A stretch of 64,000 nt of DNA from Desulfatiglandales bacterium (GTDB lineage: Bacteria; Desulfobacterota; DSM-4660; Desulfatiglandales; Desulfatiglandaceae): assembly GCA_963662465.1 (NCBI GenBank), contig OY759599.1, positions 6,144,001 to 6,208,000 on the forward strand, written 5' to 3'. The first letter of the stretch is position 1; each line of letters starts with the position of its first letter. The notes beneath the pieces were generated by a model. That model worked only from the letters and a program-made list of their open reading frames with translations. It was not told the origin of the DNA and did not search any database. Positions 39,949 to 49,199 of the stretch are shown here, one piece after another. The translations under genes and the position numbers were made by a program.

Positions 39949-41325
39949 ATGCTGTTTAAAAGAAACATTCTGTGCATCGGGGCCGGTTATGTGGGCGGTC
40001 CCACCATGGCCATGATCGCCTTTAAGTGTCCGCAATACAAGGTTACCGTGGTGGATATCAACCCCGATCGGATTGCGCAATGGAATTCCGACAACCTGCC
40101 CATTTATGAGCCCGGTCTTGACGAGGTGGTCAGGGCGGCCAGGGGGAAAAACCTCTTTTTCAGCACTGACATCGAAAAGGGAATTCGGGCGTCCGACGTT
40201 ATTTTTGTCAGCGTCAACACCCCCACCAAAACCTTCGGGGCCGGCGCCGGCATGGCTGCCGACCTTCAATACTGGGACAAAACAGCGCGGCAGATTCGAA
40301 AGCATTCTCGAAACAGCAAAATCATCGTTGAAAAAAGCACCCTGCCGGTAAAAACCGCCCAGGCCATGGAACGCATTCTCACATGCGGGGACAACGGCGT
40401 CTGTTTTGATGTTTTGTCGAACCCCGAATTTCTGGCCGAAGGCACGGCCATCAAGGATCTGGAAAATCCGGATCGGGTGCTCATCGGTTCTTCTCAAACG
40501 CCCGGCGGTTTAATGGCCCGGGATGTGCTTGTGGAGATCTACGCCAACTGGGTGCCCAAAGATAAAATTATCACCTCCAATATCTGGAGCAGTGAACTCT
40601 CCAAACTGGTGGCCAATGCTTTTCTGGCCCAGCGGATTTCATCCGTGAATGCCATCAGCGCCCTCTGCGAAAAGGCCGATGCCGACATCCAGGAGGTGAC
40701 GCGCGCCGTGGGCATGGACAGCAGGGTAGGGAGTAAATTCCTGAATGCCAGCGTCGGATTCGGTGGGTCCTGTTTTAAGAAAGATATCCTGAATCTGGTC
40801 TATATCTGCCGGCATTATGATCTCAAGGAGGTGGCGGATTACTGGGAGGGCGTGGTCAAAATCAACGCTTATCAAAAAGAACGGTTCATTCTCAACATGC
40901 TTCACGTCATGTTCAATACCCTGGCCGGGAAAAAAATCTGTTTGTTCGGTTTTGCTTTCAAAGCCGACACCGGGGATACCCGGGAAAGTCCGGCCATCCG
41001 GATCGCCAAACGGCTCATGGAAGAGAGAGCGGATCTGGTGATTTCCGACCCGAAGGCCATTGACAATGCCAGGGATGATTTAAAAGGAACACCTGGAACT
41101 GTTTCCTATGTTGAAGATCCCTATGAGGCAGCGGTCGGTTGCTGCGCCATCGCTGTCATGACCGAATGGTCCCTTTACAAGGGGCTGGATTACGAAAAAA
41201 TTTACCGCTCCATGGTGAAACCCGCCTTTGTGTTTGACGGCCGGAACGTTCTCGATCACCAGAGGCTGTTTGACATCGGGTTCAATGTCTTCCCCATCGG
41301 AAAACCACCCCTCACCCATTTTTAA
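39949..41325 (+). CDS. ugd: UDP-glucose 6-dehydrogenase
   Basis: [37 protein letters not shown] (catalytic Cys). Confidence 0.95.
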   Translation: MLFKRNILCIGAGYVGGPTMAMIAFKCPQYKVTVVDINPDRIAQWNSDNLPIYEPGLDEVVRAARGKNLFFSTDIEKGIRASDVIFVSVNTPTKTFGAGAGMAADLQYWDKTARQIRKHSRNSKIIVEKSTLPVKTAQAMERILTCGDNGVCFDVLSNPEFLAEGTAIKDLENPDRVLIGSSQTPGGLMARDVLVEIYANWVPKDKIITSNIWSSELSKLVANAFLAQRISSVNAISALCEKADADIQEVTRAVGMDSRVGSKFLNASVGFGGSCFKKDILNLVYICRHYDLKEVADYWEGVVKINAYQKERFILNMLHVMFNTLAGKKICLFGFAFKADTGDTRESPAIRIAKRLMEERADLVISDPKAIDNARDDLKGTPGTVSYVEDPYEAAVGCCAIAVMTEWSLYKGLDYEKIYRSMVKPAFVFDGRNVLDHQRLFDIGFNVFPIGKPPLTHF

Positions 41326-41342
41326 CCGGAGGTTTTAGGAAC

Positions 41343-42296
41343 ATGCTTCATCATCAAAAACGCATTCTGGTGACCGGCGGCGCGGGATTTTTAGGGTCCC
41401 ACCTCTGCGATCGCCTGATTCGAGAGGGCCATGACGTTTTATGCCTGGATAATTTCTTCACCGGAACAAAGCAGAACATTCTCCATCTGATGAAAAACCC
41501 CAATTTCGAACTGATCCGTCATGATCTGGCGTTCCCCATATTCCTGGAGGTGGATGAAATATTCAATCTGGCCTGCCCGGCATCCCCCATTCACTACCAG
41601 CATAATCCGGTGAAAACCGTCAAGACCAATGTGCTGGGATCCATCCATATGCTGGGGCTGGCCAAGCGGGTCCATGCCAAGATCCTGCAGGCCTCCACCA
41701 GCGAAGTCTATGGAGACCCTTCGGTTCACCCCCAAATGGAAAGCTACTGGGGAAATGTGAATACCATCGGGATAAGATCCTGTTATGATGAGGGGAAACG
41801 GTGTGCAGAAACCCTATTTTTTGATTACCACCGTCAGAACAATGTGAATATCCGGGTGGTTCGCATCTTCAATACCTACGGTCCCCGAATGCACCCCAAC
41901 GACGGCCGGGTGGTGAGCAATTTCATTGTTCAGGCGTTAAACAACCAGGATATCACGGTTTACGGAGATGGGACCCAGACCCGTTCCTTCTGTTATGTGG
42001 ATGATCTCATTGAAGGCATGGTCCGCATGATGAATGGTCCGGATGAATTCGTAGGCCCGGTGAACCTCGGAAACCCAACGGAATTCACCATCCTGGAATT
42101 GGCGGAAAAAATCATTCAAATGACCGGCAGCAGGTCCAAAATCGTTTTTCGGTCCCTTCCGCAGGATGATCCTTTGCAGCGTCAACCGGACATCTCACTG
42201 GCAAAGGAGAAGCTCCAGTGGGAACCGGGTATGCCGTTGGAACAGGGGCTCCAGAGTACCATCGCCTTTTTCAAGACTTTCCTGAAGGATGGATGA
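41343..42296 (+). CDS. uxs: UDP-glucuronate decarboxylase (UDP-xylose synthase)
   Basis: [55 protein letters not shown]. Confidence 0.93.
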   Translation: MLHHQKRILVTGGAGFLGSHLCDRLIREGHDVLCLDNFFTGTKQNILHLMKNPNFELIRHDLAFPIFLEVDEIFNLACPASPIHYQHNPVKTVKTNVLGSIHMLGLAKRVHAKILQASTSEVYGDPSVHPQMESYWGNVNTIGIRSCYDEGKRCAETLFFDYHRQNNVNIRVVRIFNTYGPRMHPNDGRVVSNFIVQALNNQDITVYGDGTQTRSFCYVDDLIEGMVRMMNGPDEFVGPVNLGNPTEFTILELAEKIIQMTGSRSKIVFRSLPQDDPLQRQPDISLAKEKLQWEPGMPLEQGLQSTIAFFKTFLKDG

Positions 42297-42309
42297 GGGG
42301 CAATAATAC

Positions 42310-42551
42310 GTAACCGTTCACGGTTGCCGGTTTACAGTTGCCGGTTCACGGTTTTTCAATGAATTATGGGTTTCCTTCATACAGATTTACACTTTCTTGA
42401 TGAATCGTTTTTTCAATTTTAATGAAGAATGCGGAATTATGTTGGGATTGATAACCGCAATTTTTTAAATCTTCACAAGAGGACCCCATAATCTTCCGTT
42501 ATCTTCTGTTTTTCAACTGTAAACCGGCAACCGTAAACCGTGAACGGTTAC
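42310..42551. mobile_element. 242-bp MITE with IS66-like ends
   Basis: 16-bp perfect terminal inverted repeats GTAACCGTTCACGGTT, flanked by the 8-bp direct repeat AATAATAC (42302-42309 and 42552-42559); AT-rich non-coding interior. Confidence 0.88.
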
Positions 42552-42569
42552 AATAATACATGGGAACGA

Positions 42570-43256
42570 TCATGTTCCCCATACGCCATATACCACAAGA
42601 AGCCCCAGGGCAACCCCCATCATTCCGTATTCCCCCAAAGAAATCCGATACTTCCTGCGAAGGGTTCGTCCTCCTCGCGCAAATCCCCTGGATTCCATCG
42701 CCATGGCCAACTGCTCCGCCAGGACGAATGATTGCACCAGAAGCGGCATGAGCAGGGCCACGAAGTGGGGCACATTTCGAATCCTGGGCCTGAGATCAAT
42801 GCCCCTGGAACGTTGGGCATCCACGATGCGTCGGATCCTTATCCCCATGAAGGGAACGTACCGAAGCGAGGTGGTGAGGATGAAACAGAATTCATAGGGA
42901 ACTCCCATCTGTCTCAGACTTCGGCCCAGATCCTCGGGATCCATGCCATGAAAAAAGAGAAATGAGACGGTAAGGAGATTGAGCAACCGCAGGGAAAGCA
43001 TGAGAGCGGTGTCCGCATCAAAGGAGATGATGGAGATAACAAAGACCAGTCCCACCAGGGGCAGCAGCATTTTGAGGGAACGAATCCACGGCCCCGCCAT
43101 CTTGAACAGAAGGAGCCCCGCGCACAGGAGGCCCAGGGCCACGGTCAGGGGCAGGGTCTTTCCGGTCATGAGAATGGCGGCAATCCCCATGGCCCCCAGG
43201 GCCAGTTGTGTCCTTGGATCCAGCTTTGTTCTGGAATTTGCCTTCTTAATGCCCAC
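42570..43256 (-). CDS. ecfT: ECF transporter transmembrane T component
   Basis: KLDPRT, LRYVP, AQRSRG, AMESRGF; start moved to GTG 43256. Confidence 0.88.
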   Translation of the reverse strand: MGIKKANSRTKLDPRTQLALGAMGIAAILMTGKTLPLTVALGLLCAGLLLFKMAGPWIRSLKMLLPLVGLVFVISIISFDADTALMLSLRLLNLLTVSFLFFHGMDPEDLGRSLRQMGVPYEFCFILTTSLRYVPFMGIRIRRIVDAQRSRGIDLRPRIRNVPHFVALLMPLLVQSFVLAEQLAMAMESRGFARGGRTLRRKYRISLGEYGMMGVALGLLVVYGVWGT

Positions 43257-44772
43257 GATCTCTTGACCCTCCCGTACCCGACCACCCCTCCCCAAGAACA
43301 CCGCCCATGGGACGAAGTGCCCCCATATGGATGATATCATCCCGGGCCAGTTCCCGGGGAGCGCCTGTGCCCACCACCCGGCCTCCGTGTAAAACCACCC
43401 ATCGACTGGCCGTGGCAAGAGCGAATTCCAGGTCGTGGGTCACCACCACGATGGTCACCCCCTTTTCCCTGAGTGATAGAAGGCATCCGGCCAAGGCTTC
43501 CAAAAACCGACCGTCCTGCCCCACCGTGGGTTCATCCAGAACCAGCAACTTCGGTCCCATGGCCAGGATTGAGGCCACGGATACCCGTTTCTTTTGCCCC
43601 TCGCTGAGGCGGTAGGGGGACCGGTCCAAAAGTTCGTTGAGATGGAAAAGAGCGCACAACTCCCGGAACCGATCCTCGGCCCCCTCCGGGGAGAGTTTCA
43701 ACCCGATTTTAAGTTCATCCGCCACGCTGTTTTTAAAAAATTGATCGTTGGGGTTTTGAAAGGAGATCCCGATCTGACCGGCCATACGGGACGGCCCCGC
43801 CCTTCCGATCTTCTTTCCCATGTAGATCACTTTCCCTCCTTGAGGGGGCAGGAGGCCGTTGAAATGCCGGACCAGGGTAGTCTTGCCCGACCCATTGGAC
43901 CCCACCACCGCGAGGATTTCGCCTACCCCCACCTGAAGAGAGACATCATGAAGAATCGGTTTGTGATCTATTTCATAGCGGATGTTTTGCAGCTGAAGCA
44001 GGGGTTCCACCAGCGGCGCCGCCGCTTCGAAGACAGGTCCGGCGGGATAGCGGAGCAATAGATGCTGGTCCAGAAGCACCGGACCCGCCGCCTTGGGGAG
44101 GCTGTCAAAGAGGCATCTGCCCCGGTTCATAACCACGCAGCGGGTGGCATCTGAGAGTATGGCCTCTACCCGCTGCTCAATAACCACCACGGTGGTCCCC
44201 TGCCGGTGAAGGCGGCGAAGAATTTTCCGGACCCGCTCAGCCCCTTGCCGGTCCAGGTGAGCCAGGGGTTCATCCAGAACCAGAATGGGAGGCGCCGTAC
44301 AGAGGACCGATGCAATGGCCACCAACCGCTTTTCCCCCCCGGAAAGGGTCGTGGGGGAACGGTCCAGCAGATGCCCGATACCCACGGCCTCTGCGGTACT
44401 CCGGATCTCTTCCTGGATTTCCGGGGCGGGCCGGCCCAGGCTCTCCAGGCCGAAGGCGATCTCATTTTCCACGGTACTGTTGAAGAGCTGAGCGTCAGTG
44501 TTCTGAAACACCAGGCCCACTGTTTCAAACAGATCCGCCACTGTGAGATCCGCCGTGTCCCGGCCCATGATGGAGATCCGTCCTTCGAGGGTCCCACCGA
44601 AAAAATGGGGGATGAGACCGTTTAGAAGGTACCCCAGGGTGGATTTCCCCGATCCGCTCCCGCCGCAGAGCAGCAGGTAATCCCCTTTGTCCACGGTAAG
44701 ATTGATGCCTTTAAGTGCCCCGGTCCCATTTGAGTCCGGATATTGGTAGTGTATGTTGGAGAGACGGATCAC
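43246..44772 (-). CDS. ecfA: ECF transporter duplicated ATPase (A-A')
   Basis: Two ABC domains: GGSGSGKST/LSGGE/LDEP and GSNGSGKTT/LSEGQ/LDEPT; GTG start overlaps the thiW stop. Confidence 0.9.
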   Translation of the reverse strand: MIRLSNIHYQYPDSNGTGALKGINLTVDKGDYLLLCGGSGSGKSTLGYLLNGLIPHFFGGTLEGRISIMGRDTADLTVADLFETVGLVFQNTDAQLFNSTVENEIAFGLESLGRPAPEIQEEIRSTAEAVGIGHLLDRSPTTLSGGEKRLVAIASVLCTAPPILVLDEPLAHLDRQGAERVRKILRRLHRQGTTVVVIEQRVEAILSDATRCVVMNRGRCLFDSLPKAAGPVLLDQHLLLRYPAGPVFEAAAPLVEPLLQLQNIRYEIDHKPILHDVSLQVGVGEILAVVGSNGSGKTTLVRHFNGLLPPQGGKVIYMGKKIGRAGPSRMAGQIGISFQNPNDQFFKNSVADELKIGLKLSPEGAEDRFRELCALFHLNELLDRSPYRLSEGQKKRVSVASILAMGPKLLVLDEPTVGQDGRFLEALAGCLLSLREKGVTIVVVTHDLEFALATASRWVVLHGGRVVGTGAPRELARDDIIHMGALRPMGGVLGEGWSGTGGSRDRGH

Positions 44773-45251
44773 GGTTTCCAAAGGCCGGCCTTTCTGAGCA
44801 GATGAAGGGCCATAATGCCGAAGACCGTACCACCCAGGGTGCTGACGCTGAAGGCGATGATCAGGGTCGCCATGGCCATGGACTTGCCCATGAACAGGGG
44901 CGCCACGATCCAGGCGCTTGCAAGAGCCCCCAAGAGCCCTGTTCCCACCACCTCTCCGGCCCCGGCCCAGTAGATGTTCCGAAAAGCCTTGTAAGCCAGG
45001 CCTGCCAGGAGTGCTCCGATCATCCCCCCGGGAAAAGCCAGGAGGGTGCCAAGCCCCAGGATATTGCGAAGGATGGCGGCTATCATGGCCATGATCACCG
45101 CGTAGAGGGGCCCTAGCATCACTGCGGCCAGGACGTTCACCATGTGCTGGGCCGGAAAGCACTTGGCGATGCCCACGGGGATAAAGATGGGGGAAAGCGC
45201 CACGGAAACGGCTACCAGGATCACGGCAAGGGCCACTTGTTTGGTCTTCAT
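44769..45251 (-). CDS. thiW: ECF S component for thiazole/thiamine precursor
   Basis: KCFPAQHMVNVLAAVMLGP, RNILGLGTLLAFPGGMIGA, GEVVGTGLLGAL. Confidence 0.9.
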   Translation of the reverse strand: MKTKQVALAVILVAVSVALSPIFIPVGIAKCFPAQHMVNVLAAVMLGPLYAVIMAMIAAILRNILGLGTLLAFPGGMIGALLAGLAYKAFRNIYWAGAGEVVGTGLLGALASAWIVAPLFMGKSMAMATLIIAFSVSTLGGTVFGIMALHLLRKAGLWKP

Positions 45252-45361
45252 GATATCCATTCCTTTCTCCCTGGGATGAAAAAATCCAATCCGCACAGGT
45301 TTCGGTTTTGTAGCGCGATGGGTTCTGTGCCTTTGTTGTCGGTCACGGGAATCCTCTCCAC

Positions 45362-45395
45362 AAAAAAACCGCTTTCCTCCAAAGAAGAAAAGCGG
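45362..45395 (-). terminator. intrinsic terminator after the DsrE selenoprotein gene
   Basis: Minus strand CCGCTTTTCTTC-TTT-GGAGGAAAGCGG followed by T7. Confidence 0.8.
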
Positions 45396-45413
45396 CTCAA
45401 TAGGTTAATTTAT

Positions 45414-45764
45414 TTAAAACGTAAAAACCTTGGCTTCTGCAGCCAAATCTATCAAATGGGGTCCGCCATCTAAAATCATGTTTGAGAAGAACTTTGACTC
45501 GTCAACCTGACGATTCTTAGCGCAGGGGATTCAGACGCCAAAGGGAACTTCTTTTTCCAGCAGGTAGGGAAAATAGTCATTTGGACAATCACCCGTTCCC
45601 GTTTTCTGTGTAAAGTCTCTTTGATTATTTGCCCACAATACACCGCCGTCTATCATGAAAACATTTACACCATGTCCTTTTGAATGAGCAATTTTGGCGA
45701 ATTGAAAACACCTGGTCGCCTTCTCGTTGTCATCCTGACTTAACACAAATAAAAAATTGGCCAT
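45414..45764 (-). CDS. DsrE-family selenoprotein (116 aa, U78 in UxxC)
   Basis: Reading TGA 45533-45531 as Sec gives ...EVPFGV-U-IPCAKNRQVDESKFFSNMILDGGPHLIDLAAEAKVFTF*, which completes the DsrE fold and aligns with VPIYVCAPCAKTRQI of the paralog at 63551; SECIS-like hairpin at 45499-45513. Confidence 0.88.
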
Positions 45765-45837
45765 AAGTTAACTCCTTTCTTTTTGTAAAAAATTCAAATT
45801 GACATAAAACAACCGTGGGCATTCCCTTACTTCCATT

Positions 45838-46677
45838 TCAGTGGAGTGTCCTTTCATCCCAGTCATCATCATCGTCGTCGTAATCTTCATCCGGAAGCAA
45901 ATCAGACATTGCCATGGCCTCGTAGGCTGTGTCGACAATGTCTTCGTCATCGGATTGGGTCAGGTCACTGAGAATCTCTGCTGCCTCTTGCGGGCGGATG
46001 TTCGCTATGGCTTCAATAGCTGCCAGTCGCAACGATTTGGCGGTCAATTCACTGGTGGCGAGACCCAGAATGTGAGACCATGCGGCATCCACCTCCCAGG
46101 TCCCCGCGGCGCAAACCGCCTCATAGTGAATATCCTCGTTTTTGGATTTTAACGCCTCCAGGATCTGGGTCTCAAACCCCTGAATATATCGCATGCAAAA
46201 TACTGCCGTGAGCCGCCATAACGCGTCACCGCTGGAATACGCATCACGGACTGCCTCTTGGTGCCATTCTTGGGGCGCCCGCACCGATCCCTCCAAAGTT
46301 CGACGCCGAACTTCCATGGGAATATCAATATCCATGTAGAGCTCGCGGAGGGATTTCTGGATTTCGTGAAATGTTTTTTCGGAAATGGGCACGTCTTCGG
46401 GGTCCTCGAACCCATCGAAATAGGCAGTTTCTAAAACCGGTCCCAGAGATATCACCGCTCTTGCGCGGAGCTCCTCCGGTTCGGCGCCATTGCGCACGAT
46501 AGAAAGCAATGCAGCAACGAGTTCATCATTGACAACCGTATAATCACCCGCCAGATCTGCTGCAAGCAGACGGTCTGATTTATCCTTTTGGTTATCACGA
46601 AGGATTCCCAAAAGTATTTTGTCCGTACCTTGAGGCCATTCCCAAGGGGGTATATCTTCCAAAACCTTCAGTTCCAT
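45838..46677 (-). CDS. HEAT-repeat domain protein with acidic tail
   Basis: Repeated helical units (LRARAVISLG, LRLAAIEAIANI), poly-Asp C-terminus; AGGAGG RBS. Confidence 0.75.
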   Translation of the reverse strand: MELKVLEDIPPWEWPQGTDKILLGILRDNQKDKSDRLLAADLAGDYTVVNDELVAALLSIVRNGAEPEELRARAVISLGPVLETAYFDGFEDPEDVPISEKTFHEIQKSLRELYMDIDIPMEVRRRTLEGSVRAPQEWHQEAVRDAYSSGDALWRLTAVFCMRYIQGFETQILEALKSKNEDIHYEAVCAAGTWEVDAAWSHILGLATSELTAKSLRLAAIEAIANIRPQEAAEILSDLTQSDDEDIVDTAYEAMAMSDLLPDEDYDDDDDDWDERTLH

Positions 46678-46827
46678 GATTTTCCTCCTACATTTTATAT
46701 TGCCTTCAGAACACCTCTCCCGCGAGCCGATTATAACGGATAACGAACAGCAAAGCCAGCCCTCAGATAACGAATTCGTCGCGGATTTCTTTAATCCTCA
46801 AGTGCTTCCCTATGCCAAACTCAGCAA

Positions 46828-47068
46828 ATGAACCGGAGTATTCTCTCCGACGTTTTGAACCGTGTTTTCTCCGACACTTATCTGGTTTCTTTTCCAGCCT
46901 TTTCGTAGGTCGACCTTGGGGCAATTTCCCCCATTCAATGCGGCGCAAACACGCTTAATGCCGGTTCGATATCGTCGCATCGCATCGCAATGGCAATCCT
47001 GGCATAAGCGGGTTTCGGCAGACGCTACGCTTGTCGAATCCCTCGCCCGGGGAGCCCTTTTGGCAAGG
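46828..47068 (-). pseudogene. degenerate duplicate of the 3' part of the adjacent AlbA_2 gene
   Basis: Colinear similarity to about 47226-47526, including the exact 24-mer GGGTTTCGGCAGACGCTACGCTTG (47010-47033 = 47468-47491); indels present. Confidence 0.75.
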
Positions 47069-47070
47069 CT

Positions 47071-48462
47071 TTAGTCAGTAACGACCCAGTGTCCACCCTT
47101 ATCTGGCCCCGTACGCCTGAGTCGACCTTCCGCTTGAAGGTTTTTTATGTTTCGTTCAATGGAACGAGTTGTGACGCCTATCTCCTCAGCCAATTCAGCG
47201 ATCGTAATAAGTTTGCTCGATGCCATGAGCCGGAGTATTTTCTCCGACGTTTTCTCCGACGTTTTCTCCGACGTTTTCTCCGACGTTTTCCGGGTTTCGT
47301 CTTTGGCCTTTGGGTAGGTCGGCCTTGGGAATTCAAGGGTGAACATGGTGTTGAAACGGATGTTGACCATGGGGCAATTTTCAATTTGCAATGCTGCTCG
47401 AATGCGCTCAATGCCGGTTCCCATTTTTTCGATATAGTCGCATCGCAACAGCAAGCTTGCGATGAGTGGGTTTCGGCAGACGCTACGCTTGCCGAATTCC
47501 TCGGCTGAGAGCCCTTTGGGAAGCCCACCGGGGTTGTAAATTTCAACCCGATCATCGAAGATTTCCACCATTACCTGTGCGCCTTGCTCCAGGTAGTCCC
47601 GGTGGCAAACAGCGTTGACCATTGCTTCGCGTAGCGCGATTTCAGGCAGTTCCAAGATTTCTTTGCGGCGAGTACTTTGGCGGGTGATTTCCCAGCGCAA
47701 TTGAAGGTGTTTTTTCAAAAAGAGCAGGGCCTCTTCCACGTTTTCCAGCAGATTGCCGTCCAGTTCCTTCCGATCCAGAATATAGGCTTTTCCGGTGCCT
47801 TTGAACAGTGCACAGACTACACTCACATGGAACAGCCGTTGAGTAGGCTTTTTGGCGAAAAAGAGAACCCCAGTCTGGTTGAGATAAAACTGTCCGTCTT
47901 TTTCATCCCCGGCGCCGAGGTTAAGAAGCAGATTGGCGGTATCCGGTTTGGGAGAGATATTTGCCAGTTTCAGGAAATGGTTCAGGCGGTTTGCATCGAG
48001 GGCCTCTTCCCAATTCAGATCCAACCTGAGTTGTTGATCAAAGCGAACCTTCCCTTCCGCCTGAATAAAGCTGGTGATATCATGGGTACTCATTTTCTGG
48101 GAGCTGGCGCCATTGCGCAGATAAAAGCCCTTGTTGCAGCGATGAGGCCTGTTGGCGCCTTCCGGCACATGGATGACCAGAATTTTGTGTTGCGGGAGTT
48201 TTTCAATCCGGATGGCCACCGGCGGATCGCATGAGCTTGCCATATCTTCTATTTTTGACAGGGTTTTGTTGGAAAGATCGCAGCCGACAATTTGATTGTG
48301 ATCATTAACGCCAATCAAAATGCGTCCACCCGAAGCATTGGCAAAGGCCACCAATTCTTTGGGGAGATCCGAGTTGATGCTGCGCTTAAATTCCAGCGTA
48401 TAGCCCTCGCCCTCTTCAAGAATGAGGACCAATTCTTCATCTGTCGTTTTGCGATATCTCAT
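47071..48462 (-). CDS. AlbA_2/Schlafen + HATPase_c_4 + C-terminal HTH protein
   Basis: GEGYTLEFK, VAFANASGGRILIGVND, ALREAMVNAVCHRDY, NPGGLP, EKMGTGI, HTH ending GPDKGGHW. Confidence 0.88.
   Translation of the reverse strand: MRYRKTTDEELVLILEEGEGYTLEFKRSINSDLPKELVAFANASGGRILIGVNDHNQIVGCDLSNKTLSKIEDMASSCDPPVAIRIEKLPQHKILVIHVPEGANRPHRCNKGFYLRNGASSQKMSTHDITSFIQAEGKVRFDQQLRLDLNWEEALDANRLNHFLKLANISPKPDTANLLLNLGAGDEKDGQFYLNQTGVLFFAKKPTQRLFHVSVVCALFKGTGKAYILDRKELDGNLLENVEEALLFLKKHLQLRWEITRQSTRRKEILELPEIALREAMVNAVCHRDYLEQGAQVMVEIFDDRVEIYNPGGLPKGLSAEEFGKRSVCRNPLIASLLLRCDYIEKMGTGIERIRAALQIENCPMVNIRFNTMFTLEFPRPTYPKAKDETRKTSEKTSEKTSEKTSEKILRLMASSKLITIAELAEEIGVTTRSIERNIKNLQAEGRLRRTGPDKGGHWVVTD
47238..47285. 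repeat. 12-bp coding tandem repeat, 4 copies (TSEK linker)
   Basis: TTTTCTCCGACG four times in tandem. Confidence 0.95.
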
Positions 48463-48515
48463 GCGGTCGTCTGCTCCGTGAGCCAAAGTATCCCGATTAT
48501 TGAATATGTTCTTTT

Positions 48516-49193
48516 TCAACCAGCTGTTTCTACGAAATAGGCCTCATCCCACAGCCCGGTTTTCATCTCTGACGTTGAAATAAGATCATGAAACCGCTCA
48601 AGAATGGCGGCTTCTGAATACCGCTTCAATTCTTGGGCCATATTGTCTGGAGATACCTCCCCATCCGACTCCACGTATAAATGTATATGGTCCGGGGCCA
48701 ACCAGAGGAGATTGGCAAAACCGCCCACTGCCTCGCTACAAATCGTGATAGCATTACTGATGTAGTCAACCATGGGTTCCGGCGCAGCAAAAACCGGCCT
48801 TCTGCCGATCACGTTCCAGGCAAAATGATACTTGATGTTAAGCATCATATCCCCGGGATTTCGTGCCAGTTTTTGCAGTGCCAACGCCCGTTGATACTTT
48901 ACCCTTTCGGAATTAAACAATTTTTCCGGGGTGATCCCAACAGGCTGGTCTTTGGGCGCCATCTGTGTTTTCTGCCCTGATGACGTAACCAGTTTCAGCA
49001 ACGGCTGAAAGGCATGGCATTCGAAAAAAACCGTTTCCTGTGTTGACCGGTTTAGATCACAAAGCACTTCTTCTTGAAAACTCAAATCCCGGCAAAAGCG
49101 GCAGCCGGCAGGAATGAATGGCTTGGATGATTTGGTACACGCCAGACATTTTTCAGGAAAATGATTTTGAGATGATGTTTTCTCCAATTCCAT
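48516..49193 (-). CDS. Cys-rich N-terminal domain fused to an IS200/IS605 Y1 (HUH) transposase-like domain, lacking the catalytic-Tyr helix
   Basis: CLAC..CRFC..C..CH N-terminus; NIKYHFAW..RRPVF, DHIHLYV, LWDEAYFVETAG then stop. Confidence 0.78.
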   Translation of the reverse strand: MELEKTSSQNHFPEKCLACTKSSKPFIPAGCRFCRDLSFQEEVLCDLNRSTQETVFFECHAFQPLLKLVTSSGQKTQMAPKDQPVGITPEKLFNSERVKYQRALALQKLARNPGDMMLNIKYHFAWNVIGRRPVFAAPEPMVDYISNAITICSEAVGGFANLLWLAPDHIHLYVESDGEVSPDNMAQELKRYSEAAILERFHDLISTSEMKTGLWDEAYFVETAG

Positions 49194-49199
49194 TTTATC

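Noticed and set aside
46828..47526. Template/variable repeat pair of a diversity-generating retroelement
   Set aside because: Mismatches are not confined to adenines, there are indels, and no reverse transcriptase is in the window.
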